A stretch of 35,741 bases of DNA from Bipalium vagum (taxonomy: Eukaryota): the NCBI GenBank assembly GCA_037834085.1, contig JBBMKC010199497.1, positions 1 through 35,741 of the forward strand, in the 5' to 3' direction. The notes beneath the pieces were generated by a model, which was given only the letters and a program-made list of their open reading frames with translations, was not told where the DNA came from and searched no databases. Shown in pieces: positions 11,321-23,329 of the stretch (the first letter of the stretch is position 1; every line of letters begins with the position of its first letter). The position numbers and the translations under genes are program-made.

Positions 11321-13989
11321 GCCTCCCTTTTCTATCATCATTTCTTAAATAATATCTTATGATGCTTTAAGTATTTTTATGAGAGTATTTTTCTTTAAAT
11401 AAACAATAAAATTACTTTTAAGATTTCATTAAACAAAGAAGATTATTGTTTATTATAGATATTCTTTATATTTATTCTAGAGCACCTAATGATAACTAAG
11501 TATATAATAGTTATTATTGTACCATTTTCTAGTTTTCTTAACTGACATACTAGATCTATTTTTGATAAGCCATGATTGAGCTGATAATGACAGGTTGGTC
11601 CTTAGCTCTGTGAGTCTGCTTAGATTTTTCTGTATGGGTCATAAAGATTTTAATGAAAGCTGTTATATTTTGTGACATACACAAATAATTCAATTCAAAG
11701 TTTCATTTCTTTATGGGTATTAAACAAATTTAACTAGACAATTCTAGTAATACCTTACAATTAATACCATTATAAAATTAAAAAATATAACTAATGAAGA
11801 ATATACAGAATTTTAAATAATTATTATATTAATAAATAATTAATAATTATTACTTAATATTTTTAAATAATTAAGTTAAATGAAAAAAAATTGTACAATA
11901 TTATTAAATAATTATGTTTCTTGTACAAATCTTTTCACATATTACTCTTTGTAATTTGGAATTGAATTTTATTATATAACCTTATATTTCTTTTAATTAA
12001 TTTTTTTTAATTCAAAAATTTTATATTTTTAAATCTTCATGTTATTTTATGTTATTTTAAAAATTTAAATTTCAATATTTACTTTTAAATGTTTTGTTTT
12101 AATATATCAATTAAAGAAATTTAAATAATTGAAAATTTTTAAAGTAAAATACATGATAATAAAAATTATTTACTAATATTAATATAATCAATATATAAGC
12201 TAATTATAATTTTAAAGGGAATTTAATCATCTAGCTTCCTTTTATAACAAAGATTCATTCAGACAGCCAATAACATGTCTGGTCATTTATAAGTCTTAAA
12301 AGGAAACCTTTGTGTTAATTTAAAATTGATGTGTTCATTAGAATTAAGCTATTCTTATAATGTGACTTTAGTGATCAATAAAAACGTTTAATTTATATTT
12401 AAATTAAATCACATTATTGAGCTGAACACACACATTTATAGATGCAGATGGGTCTCAATGCATGAAAGGATTCAAGAAATAGAGATAAGTGTATCATCGA
12501 TTTTTAGCTTATTTAATGAAATTTTTATAAATATCGGCCTGCAAATCTCAACGAATCCTTCACAGACTTGTGAAAAAAAACCAAACAATTTGCAAAACCA
12601 AAATAGATTTAAATTTATTATTTTAAATAAAATATTTTTGTAAAAAAATAATTTAATCTTTGAATATTTATTAATTTCTAACTCTATATAATGTGGTAGC
12701 TATTGATTAGTGAATGCTTAGTATTAAACTAAAACGAAATCTTTCATTTATTCTATAACACTATCAATATCAAATTTACAATTTCTACTTTAAATGTTTA
12801 ATGCGAACATTCAAACTTAATAAGCAGAAAATCAAAAAAATCGAAATCATATTAACTTATCTGCATGTACTACATGAATAATACAATGGTTTCACCTGAT
12901 ACAATATTCTTCTTTCTACAGCTCTCCTCTGCAAGGAAGACAGATTGCTTGCCTTATACATGAAGGGATTCATCAAACCCAACAACAAAAATGTCAACAT
13001 CAAATCCGACAATATCTGACAATAAACCCAATAACAAATTCGAGGACAAAGCAGGAAGGAAGTCGATATAATAACAATTGATTTATTTATTATAAACCTT
13101 TTTGTGATCTAATTTACAATGTGTTTGAAATATGTATATTTAGTAATTTGAAATCTTTATATAAATCTTTTTAATCATCTTTTATGATAACATCTTAGTT
13201 ATTATAATATAAAAAATAATAAATAAATAAAATATTAATAATAATTTTTTTATTCTTAATTAATAATTAAGCTCATAAAAGGCATATTTACCAAAAATAA
13301 ATAAAGATAAAATATATTTACCAAAAATAAATATTCGCTAGCAATCTCTAACAATATTAAAAATATCGCGATAAAATTGTTAAATAAAAATTAAGCCAAT
13401 CAGGAACATCAAAGGCTGGAAACAGGACTATAAGAGCCCCTGTTTTCAGTCATAAAATCAGACAACATTTTTATCAAGTGGAGACGCGAAAATATACGAT
13501 AACAAACCTTTCGAAAAGTTAAAACAACAAAAGACGAATTAAAACGAAAAATTAAACGAAAACTATAATAAAATTATTAAAATTAATAATTAAACAAAAT
13601 TTAATTCAATTAAACAAAACCTCGGCAATTATAGAAATCTTCGTTACATTGTCGATTCTTTTGCTGACTTTCCAATTTCTATTTACTGTTTTCTTGTACG
13701 CCCTTCTCTACTAACGTATAGGATTTAGAAAAAGACTTAATTCTAACAAAGGGACTTTCGACTTTTCGACAATCAAAAGTGAAAATAATAATTTTTCTAA
13801 ATATAATAATAATAATATAATAAAAGGTGTGATATTATGGTAGAGTTGTACATAAACTGTGATAAAACGAAAAAATATTTTTAAACAAAAGTGTTACTTA
13901 AGATTTTTCAAATTCTCTTTTTAAATTCACTTCCTTTAGCGAAGTTGGTGAGCTCTATTAATTGAATAAAATGAATAAGTCGAAGCAAT

Positions 13990-14560
13990 ATAAAACCCCA
14001 ACATACAGTAGAAATCAAAATCCTTAAAGAATGCAACACTTGTGGAGGAATGATATATTGACAATACCACAATGTAACAATGGAACTGATACTGTTGACC
14101 TTGTGCACATTTATAAAAATTTCAATCACAAGACCTAAGTATACAGTTAAAAATGTCAAAATCTGGTTTAAAATAATTTCATTAAAGAATGGTGCAAGGA
14201 CTCTGATTCCATTATGTTTTCCGAAGCATCTGAGAATGGTGGTTGATATTTCATCATCATGATACATACATCATTCAAGACAATGAAGAGAAATTCAATT
14301 AAAACGTCATAGCCAAAGATGTAAACAAAAATATATTTATTAAGCCATCTTGGTATAAATCGGTGCCCAAAAGGAGAAATCCCGTTATCTTTAGCGGACA
14401 CTTGTTTCCTTTATCAAATCTTGGTTCTACAGACAGAGGCTCAAACCTGAAGTTTATAAATGTCTAATTCGAAATTGATTGCTCCTACCCAATTTGCCAA
14501 TATCTGAAGTAAAATACGACCATTGGTTTATAGAGATGAGCTGTTGCTTGTACATAAATG
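13990..14560 (+). mobile_element. Decayed reverse-transcriptase fragment of an RLE-type (NeSL/HERO/R2-like) non-LTR retrotransposon
   Basis: Ordered, frameshifted motifs: LVHIYKNF; VKIWFKIISLKNG.QG..PLCF (GV.QGDPLS region); IKPS (KP.KC); GEIPLSL...FIK.LG; LKPEVYKCLIRN.LLLPNL. The YADD motif is not cleanly preserved. Confidence 0.45.
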
Positions 14561-14659
14561 AATACACAATTAGATTTTACGTTTTTTATTTTAATAACAA
14601 TAAGATTTAAACCAAGTGATATATATTTTGAAGGGTATTTGTTTTTTTTCTATGATATA

Positions 14660-15202
14660 CAGTTGTAGAAAAAATTCATTGGTCATTTATTTACGCCTAT
14701 TCCTGTCGACTCTGGTTTCTTCCTCCAAATAAAACCGTCAACTGTCTATAAAACGATTCCAGAAGAAAAAGTTAAACCGCTCCTTGCAATTAAAAATTGT
14801 GATTATCTCCAACACCATGGAGCACTGTGCCATCAGGAACGCATCAACAAGTATTGGCTTGTTAATAATAACATTAGTGTTCTGGGTCCATGGTCAGGAA
14901 ATTCTTCAGATCTATTGCCCACTGAGAACCTCTGGAAAGTTCTAAAAAAAGTCTCACTGCATAATCCAAAGTGATATCTAAATTTAATTGAAATAATTAA
15001 ACTTGTTTGGGTTAACAAATTTGCCATGAACTATTGCTCAAAATTGATTGATTCTAATGCGAACTTATTTAATTGCGGCAAAGTGTAAACACACTAAATA
15101 TTAGTGATATCATATGTATACTATAAGATATACAAAAACTTACTGCTTTTACATGTTTTCATAATAAAATTGAAAGTGGTCGATGAATTATAGCCACGAC
15201 TG
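14660..15202 (+). mobile_element. Internally deleted Tc1-like element with DD35E spacing
   Basis: TA flanks. Imperfect TIRs are CAGTTGTAGAAAAAATTCATTGGTCATTT and, on the minus strand, CAGTCGTGGCTATAATTCATCGACCACTT. Internal sequence LQH(H/D)GALCHQ...VLGPWSGNSSDLLPTENLWKVLKK has 35 aa between the D position and E. Confidence 0.88.
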
Positions 15203-15329
15203 TAAATATTTTATATATAATCAAAAATCATTACAAAACAAAGACTTCGTTACATCTTGCCTGAATCAGAATGTTTGAAATACAAACATCAACATAAAAC
15301 CCACAATTAGACGGGCCAATCTTTGCTCT

Positions 15330-15900
15330 CATGTTGACAAATTTATCAAATATATCTTGGAATATATCTAGCATATTCAACAACTAACTTACTCTCCTCA
15401 CATGAACATGATGGATCACTTCAAAATGTGGAATTTAGTGTCTAAAAGAAAAAGGAAAACATTTAAATCAATGCACGAAATAAAAATGTTCCTTGAACAG
15501 TTCTTGGGAGAACAGACAACATACAAGCTGGTGCGTGAATTAAACAGATTAACATCTTTTTGTGTCATGGTGAATATTTGAAGTGAATATTGATCATAAA
15601 ATGCTGTAAAAATGTGTTTTTAACTTTTTTGGATCTTCTTAATTATATGCTACAGAAAACAACAGGTCTGAGAAAGTTGTCTACAAATATTTAACTAAGA
15701 CGCATATCATACTGATAACTTTTTAAGATCAGTACCAATTCATTTTTCTGATCTATTTTTTGGAATTGAATATCTTCCCTAAACATATGAATTAATTTTT
15801 ATTGTAGATGTCAGTTTAGCTGCACATATATTTATGTTTCATAAGGTAGCTGCAGACCTTCACTTTCTAAGTATAAACATAATATTGTAGATTGGTTTTA
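15330..15900 (-). mobile_element. CR1/L2-group LINE reverse-transcriptase remnant
   Basis: Ordered minus-strand motifs: IPKN; NFLRPV (NYRPI); SVLPRTVQGTFLF..LI (SGVPQGTVLGPLLF); LFLLDTKF (LFADDTKL); FQDIFDKF...W (LQ.DLD.L..W). Confidence 0.6.
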
Positions 15901-16680
15901 AAGTGATTCATTAAGCTTTTTATTAAGTTTTACACTCTGGTAAATATTAATATTTCCGTTCTGAATTGAAAAATAAAAAGATAAATTAGTTTAATCATTT
16001 CTATCATTTTTTTAATGCATTGAATTTTGTGAGAATGTATAAATAAGATTTTCAGTTAATATTTATTTTATATTTTTATCAAAAAATATTGATTTTTAAA
16101 CAATACAGAAAGAAATTAATTATCAAGGAATGGATTGAAGAATTATTTGTTACAACTATACAAAAAAACTGATAAGCAAAATGTATTCATTTCCTGATTT
16201 TGTCTTCTTTCTGTGGTTTTTTCCAAGTAATAGATTAATCTGAATTTAGCGAAGCAAAGAAAAAGATACATCCAAAGGGAACCAAAAAATCCATAAACTA
16301 CATTTTCTCAGGTTTTCAATGATGTTTGAATAATAATTTTTGTTTTAATCATGTATCGAAACCCATATAATTACTTGGATTTTTATTTTTACAAAACCAA
16401 AATTATTTTATTTTTTCTTTTTAATCTTTTCTTGAAAGACATTTTAAAATAAATAAACCTTATGTGGAATTAGTGATATATTATCAATATAATAATTTTA
16501 AAAGAAATAAATTACTTCATATTGGTAAGAAATAGAAATATGATTATTGTGGAACAATTTTTATCTCTATATGAGCTAAAGTTTTTAAAGGGGAATTACT
16601 GTCAGCGCAGTTCTTTAATTCTTTTTGGAATTGTACTCTATAATTGAAGAGCTCCAATTGGCTATCGTAAGCCATATATA

Positions 16681-16720
16681 CAGGTGTCCCAAAATTAAGA
16701 AGAAAAATGATTTGCGTTGA
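16681..16720 (+). mobile_element. Orphan Tc1/mariner-type TIR-like end
   Basis: TA-CAGGTGTCCCAAAATTAAG resembles CAGGGTGTCCC-type TIRs. No partner TIR was found. Confidence 0.3.
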
Positions 16721-16758
16721 GTTTTAATGAGAGTTAGAGTTGCAAAGATGGTAAAAAA

Positions 16759-16819
16759 ATAAAAATTGAGTCTTATTAGTAACATATTGACGTTGATATA
16801 AGATCATACCATCAATCAA
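16759..16819. repeat. 61-bp dispersed copy of 20433-20493
   Basis: ataaaaattgagtcttattagtaacatattgacgttgata...caatcaa, 3 mismatches in 61 by manual alignment. Confidence 0.93.
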
Positions 16820-19284
16820 ATTTTCCTCTTCATAATAAAATTAATAATGTATTATATTGAAAAAGTCTTTGTTTATTCCTCTGAAATTATTAATAAATTA
16901 TTATAAATATTAAACAAAGTAATCCTTTCATTTATTTTTTAGAATATTTTATTGGAATAAATTAATAAATATAATAAAAAATAAATAAATTCTGGTACAA
17001 AATGAAAAAGATATGTGGAGAATAATCAACACATTCTCGACCAATGTGTCCACCAAACTTGGGTTCAAATAAATGTTAATCTTTGAAATTTGAGTATATT
17101 AGTGATTTTTTTTATTAGTTAGAAAGCGAATTTAAATTATTAAATGTAAATATAAAGAAAAATTAAGTTATTTATTATAAATATTAAAGAATTGCAAAAT
17201 ACTTAAATATTATATTATCACATAATCTGAAATAGTATAATTATTGTAAAAATAGAAAAATAATTAGAAATAATTTAAATATAGAAAAGATTACCTAAAA
17301 AAGGTTAATAATATAAAATAATAATTATTTTAAAAATATGTAAAATAAAAAAAAATTATTAGAAACGGACAAAAAATTAACAATAATAAAACAGCAAAGG
17401 CAAATAGAATCAATATTCTTTACCACCATCAAAATTTTCTAGATCATTTAAAAAGGAAATTATAAAAGTCAACTTCCTACTCATTGGGATATCAGACGTA
17501 CTACCAGCAAACACCTACTAGCCGTAACAAGAAATTTCGATTAAAGTAACTACCCTATATAGATAAGACTCACTCAAGAAACAAAACTAGAAACGTTAAA
17601 TTTTTATGGTCCAAAATAATTTCTTTCTTATTTAAATAATAAATTAAACTTGTTTTTGTAATAATATTATTCATTAAAGCAACTGATTTAGAAAACAAAA
17701 CAAATTTTTCTACTCTGGTAAATAAAATTATTGATTTAAAATTGAACAAACCAGTTTTGAATTCAATATAAAGTTTGCCATAACTATCTAAAAAATTAAC
17801 TAAAGGCTTAAGCTCGAATTCATGCAAAATTTAAAATAGTCTGTAAACTTTTACACACATAGCTAGAAATAGGATGCTTAATTTACTTTGCTGAGCTACA
17901 AAATGTCTCAATTTCATCAGAAATCATTCTAATTGAATTTCAGATTATTTGAGTACATTTATTTTTTTTAAGATTTTAAGAAATTTAAACAAATAAGGAA
18001 ATGAGTTTTTGAAGTTTATATGAAGTTTAAGCAGATAAAATAATGAGATAAATACCAAGATAATATTAAACTATCAACACATTTTAACTTTAAATCAAAT
18101 TCCTCTAAAATCAAGTTTAAGAATTACTGTTTATTTGTATTTAAAGTATTATATAAAGGTATGAATGATTCAGAAATAATTTTTTAAAAACATAAAATCA
18201 TGCAACTACACAAACAAAGCAATACTATTATGAAGATTTTCAAGAAATTATTATATTATTATTTTAAAATATTTTATCAATTTAGTTTACTTATTTTAAA
18301 TGTTAGGATAAAAAGGAAATATAATTTCCTATTTTATGAAGAATACTTATTCAATTTAATTATTCAGAAATTATATGAATCAAAATAAATAGAAAAAAGG
18401 AATGTTTTTAATGTATTTCTTTTAAAATTAAAAAAGATAATAAATTAGTTTGAATTAGAATGTTTAATAAAATTTATATTTTATTTATTGTTAAATCATA
18501 TCAAATTTTAATGTTACAGAATCATTTAAATTTAATATGTAAAGAATCGGCTATATATTCAAGTGATTTTAAAATATTTAAAAAATCATTTCCTATAAAC
18601 ATATTTGTCTGAATTTACATTCATTAACAAAGATATTAGATAGAACACGTCCGCTTCTAAATTTTCACAAAAAACTATATCTTTGTATAGCTAATTATTT
18701 GAATTTTTTCATTTTATATTTACACCACTGGACCGTCCTATGAAAGGTCATATAAAACAGCTAGCAAACAATTGTATATTTTTAAAAATTACATTCTTTC
18801 AGATTATCAATAAACGTTTCAAAGCAAGTCAAGTTGAATCAGTTGGAACAGGAAAATGAAACTTTTCATTAATTAACTGCTAAAATCGACATTTCACTGG
18901 AAACTGCTGAAAATTTTCGACAATTCCAAATTAGGATTTTCAATGTAAGATTTCGCATTAAGCAATATAAATATTTTTAAACCAATAACAAACACAATTT
19001 TATGGAAACAGTATTTTAACATTCCTCGTTTCATTATTAGTTAACAAGTTTTTCAAAAAACAATTTCACACAGAATTTTTTCCATGAGTATATTGATTTC
19101 TCAATAATTATGCATCAAATTTTAATTTTTTATGCATCAGTAGGAGTACGGAATTATTTAAAATAGATTCTTTGTTCTTTCAGGAGTTTAATAGGACCTC
19201 CGAAAGAACTAAATGGCTTCATTTCAATGTTTAGAACATCTTTTACATCAGGTCCACAGAAAAATGTGATTTTTATTAATTTCA

Positions 19285-20430
19285 TTATTTTTAAAATGTA
19301 GGGAAAAATCATGATATACAAAATAAACCTTGATTTCCCTGACCTGATTTAAAACAATAGGTATTTGTCTCACGTCATTTCGACCATATTACATCTATGC
19401 TCCTACTACCGCATGTGAAGAGATTTTCGCACACATCTCCAACATTAATTTATCCAATAATCGAATGATGTCGCGTCATTTAGCGAACTCCAGATGTATT
19501 CTCCAACCAGGTGAGTCCCTAGAACAAGAATTTATTTATCGAGATTTCGTGATTAAAATTGATAAGCATGAGAAATTAATTTATTTTCCATTATTCAATA
19601 AGACTAATTAATACAGTTAAAAATAATGAATAAGGATAAAAAACCAATAAATATTAAATAAATAAAACGCACTCAAGTTCCGGGAATGATTAGTTCATAA
19701 TTTTCATATCGAATATTTGTTCAACAGGTGCGACGTTGATTATATTTGATAACACTTATCCATGTTTCATTGGTTTGTTACACAGTTCCTGATTTTTTAA
19801 TTCTACTTGATTTACGAATAATAATAAGTATAATACTAAGAAAACAAAAATTTTCGTTGGTGTTTGAAAATTTTCAGTTTATAACGATTTTTTAATCACA
19901 TTATCCATCATATTGGTCAATCGGTCATTAACTTCTATTTGGTTATATTTTCATTGTTTTCCATCTTGAATATATATTTCTTTTGTTTCAGGCTAGTACG
20001 AATACCACCGGGCAGAAAATATTTCACTCTTCCACAGAGATCATCAACAATAAAGGTTAGTCTGCGTCTCCCACAAAATTCAATAATTGAATCACTTAAG
20101 ACCACGTTTGTCCAGTATCTTCCCGGTGAAAGTATAGGAGACAACCACATCAATTCACCATCGCATCCAATTCCTTGTAAGCAGAAGATTCATGGATGGG
20201 CAAAACCCAAATAATTATTGACATGCCTTCAATTTAATCATTTCCAGAATTACCTGAAGAATAACTGCCTTTATTGCCAGTCCAAATCACGTTTGAAACC
20301 TATTTCCAAGTGTGACAAAAATTTATCAATTTCGTCATTTTGTAAAATTCAGACTCATGGGTAGGAAGTCCACAAACCCTCTTCACCTTCCAATGGCATT
20401 CCTCGAATCATTTTGTTTGGTAGAATGTAT
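19285..20430 (-). pseudogene. Decayed Polinton/Maverick (adintovirus-like) minor capsid / PZ-like gene
   Basis: Colinear minus-strand motifs across frameshifts: YILPNK..HWKV..GFVDF.YP*V* (cf. LP..I.L.GEWEVGL.E..YP.W.N); LSPGRYW (cf. IP.GYY); DII...INVGDVCENLF (cf. YCD.VEPQ.VGDV..PLLR); QIPIVLNQVREIKVYF (cf. Y.P......I..I.I); FSLHFK (cf. V.LHFR, the C-terminus). Confidence 0.62.
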
Positions 20431-20562
20431 TGATAAAAATTGAGTCTTATTAGTAACATATTGACGTTGATAAAAGATCACACCACCAATCAACACATAA
20501 TCTACTGGTATCTTATTTTCTAGTTCTCAGGACGCCCGTGCTCCTTATAGCCTGGCCGATTA

Positions 20563-20727
20563 CAAATAACCCGATAAAGGAACTCGTGATTGGTCCAGAA
20601 GTCTAGTATTGTTTTTTGTTATTTCAGCTTAATGTGTCTTTTCTAAGAAGCTATTATGGGAAAAAACCTCACAGTGGGCCCAGTCGACAGGCAAGTGCTA
20701 TCGAGCTCGCAACACGACATGAACATA
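20563..20727. repeat. 165-bp direct repeat, copy 1 (copy 2 at 21335-21499)
   Basis: caaataacccgataaaggaactcgtg...cgcaacacgacatgaacata, about 96% identical to copy 2. Confidence 0.96.
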
Positions 20728-21334
20728 TACCATCGTCGGGAACGACTCGCATGTATGCGCTCTCTGTTACTACGCACTGTAGTGGAGCGCCTACTCAACA
20801 ACCGTGAGCAAGAAGCGAAGAACAGGAGCAGCGGGAGTCGGAGTCGGAATGGACAACAGCCAACTGGCAGCCTGACAAAACCAATGACAATGGAAAGACA
20901 CAAGCCGCCATACATGGGGCAAGAAATAAAGACGCTTTTCAATGTAATTATTTTTGTAATCTATTGACACTATTTATTGCTGTTTATTTGTGTATTTACC
21001 ATTGATTATTATCCTTTTAATTATTACTGTTGTTTGTGTTATCATTGTTATTATTATTCTATTAAATGTTTATTGCTGAAAAGTGATCAGACTTGCGATT
21101 CTGAGACGTTCGATGTTATATTTGCGGGTTCGATGTGCTCAAGTACGATTGGTGGAAACAATTTTAACTGGTCGTGTGAGATTATGTGATTCCGTGAATA
21201 CACTTTTGTGGATTGACATGTAATAAATCTTAGTGTCATTGATATTAAAAGATATTGGGGCAGATTATGATGCTTGGTTAATATTGTAAGAACTCCATAT
21301 ATATTATATATATTATTTTTTTATGTATTCTTTT

Positions 21335-21499
21335 CAAATAACCCGATAAAGGAACTCGTGATTGGTCCAGAAGCCTAGTCTTGTTTTTTGTTATTTCAGC
21401 TTAATGTGTCTTTTCTAAGAAGCTATTATGAGAAAAAACGTCACAGTGGGTCCAATCGACAGGCAAGTGCTATCGAACTCGCAACACGACATGAACATA
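21335..21499. repeat. 165-bp direct repeat, copy 2
   Basis: Matches 20563-20727 with 7 substitutions and no indels. Confidence 0.96.
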
Positions 21500-21967
21500 G
21501 TATGCGTCGTCTGTTTTCTTAGATTTAAAAGGAATAATGAATTATTAAAGGAATCATTGCATATTTGAAACTTGGTCAAACGATAAAAAAGTAATCATGA
21601 ATTATTCCAGAGAAAGGATGTTCCATCACAACAAATTTGAACCACATACATCTTTAATGAACGTTCAAAAATTGAAAGAGCTTGACTGAGAAGTTCTGAT
21701 GCTCCCAGTTTATATTTCAGGACTACCACCGACGGACTACTATTTATTTATGTCTACTTTGGTTCCAATGATTTCAAGAGTAGGCTGTGATAGATACATT
21801 GTGCTGTTTGTTATCAGAAATCTTAGAAATTCTGCAGTATGCTGGATTTACAAAGTAAATGGCGAAAGATTATCAACAAAATGGAACATATTTGATTCAA
21901 TAAAATATATTTTTATGAAATTTTTTTTTCTAACTTAAAAACGGCAGAAACTTTTTAGGTCACCTAA
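21500..21967 (+). mobile_element. 5'-truncated mariner (DD34D-type) relic
   Basis: SVFLDLKGI...MFHHNKFEPHTSLMNVQKLKELD*EVLMLPVYISGLPPTDYYLF (cf. FHQDNARPHTS...YSPDLAPSDYHLF). Right TIR ...gaaactttttaggtcacctaa followed by TA. Confidence 0.85.
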
Positions 21968-23329
21968 TATTTTGAAATAAAGATATTACGAGTAATATCT
22001 CTTTCTGTCCACATTCTGTATCCAAACAAAGCCGACTTTTCTTTAAACAATTTTTTCATTTTATAAATTTATCATAAAAACAGTTTAAAAATAAGAAGTA
22101 TTTTCCCATTAATATTTCAAGATTACCTTATTAATTTTTGATTTTAAGTTTATTATGTATTATTTTCAAATGGAAGATGCGAATTAATTAGGAGCTGAGA
22201 GCTAACTTGTTTCATTTTTAATTAATACAATTCTATATTTGAATTACATGATTTTTTCATAATTATCCAAAAATTCCTAAGTGAAGAAGAATACAGAAAG
22301 TTTTCAAAAAATCGAACTCTAATAAACGGATAAAAACAATCCGGCATAATTACAAGTCATCAGTAGTATGTGGTTTAACGGCTAATTATAATTGTAATAA
22401 ATTAAGAAGCTTTAAAGAAGCAAATTTTCAATTATACCTGCTGAAGATGATCAAACTACTTTAAAATCACTGTTTTTTATTATTGAAACCCAAACCATAA
22501 TTAAAAGGAAACTTTTCAAATATATATGAATAATCCGATAAATCATAAACCAAAAGAGAAATTAATTAACAACTGAAAAGATTTAAAACATTATAAAGCC
22601 TTATTTTATTCCTAGGACTTCTATCAAATCTTAATTATTAAATCAAATATTAGATACCAATAAAATCAATTATTGATTAATGCAAATTCTATTTAATAAA
22701 AAAAATAGAATATATCGGATTATTTAGAAAATTAAAGAATATTGTGAATACTGTGATATATATATTTTATATATCAATATAAGTGTAAATGAAGTAACAG
22801 AAAATGGAGATTTTTCTAAGTTAAAATAGTCCATGAATCTTGAAAATAAATATATTTAAAAGCTAAACTGAAAGAAATCTAGTCATAAGCCTGTCATAAA
22901 AGTATTTTTTACTATTTTTAATAATATATTTACGTTTGAAGATAACTGAAGTAGACGAGTATTGATTTTTATTTCGAGTATTTCAAAAACCTGAGAAATC
23001 AATAATATCGAAAAATACATATTTCTCATATAATAAAAATAAAATGAAAATTGTGATGTATTATAACTTTCAATTTATGTTACTTTCAGATAAAAGTAGA
23101 ATAAAAACAAGATTAAATGATAAAAATACATTCTAAAACTAAGCATATTAAATGAAACTCTGATCTAAAAATTGAAAAACATCAAAATTTAGACAATTTT
23201 ACGACGTCAAAAATTCATATCCCTTCACAGCTGCTTCTACAATATTTTAATAATTATTAAAAACGAATTAAGGTAAAGAATAAAAAGTCAATAATTTAGG
23301 TAATGTTATAAAATAAGAATTAGGAAAGT

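Larger units (their letters stand above)
20433..21499. mobile_element. Young, GC-rich unclassified repeat element with internal 165-bp direct repeats
   Basis: 20563-20727 and 21335-21499 differ at 7 of 165 positions. The left end is shared with the copy at 16759. It truncates the Polinton gene on the left and abuts a mariner fragment on the right. Confidence 0.6.

Noticed and set aside
14200-14450. hAT motifs (IPLCFPKHL, TDRGSNL)
   Set aside because: They occur in the wrong order for a hAT transposase, and RT motifs fit better.
20030-20190. Tc1 (W.NV..SD) or hAT-like (GIGCDG) reading of ORF 19935-20153
   Set aside because: These are isolated motifs with wrong spacing. The Polinton PZ model explains more colinear motifs over 1.1 kb.
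20571-20605. Hammerhead-like CCGATAA-AGGA...TCC-AGAAG in the 165-bp repeat
   Set aside because: It deviates from CUGANGA/GAAA at several invariant positions in both copies.
21080-21145. tRNA/SINE B-box-like GGGTTCGAT
   Set aside because: No convincing A-box or cloverleaf.
20563-21499. TRIM or LTR pair interpretation of the 165-bp repeats
   Set aside because: No TG..CA termini, no PBS or PPT next to the repeats, and no TSD found.
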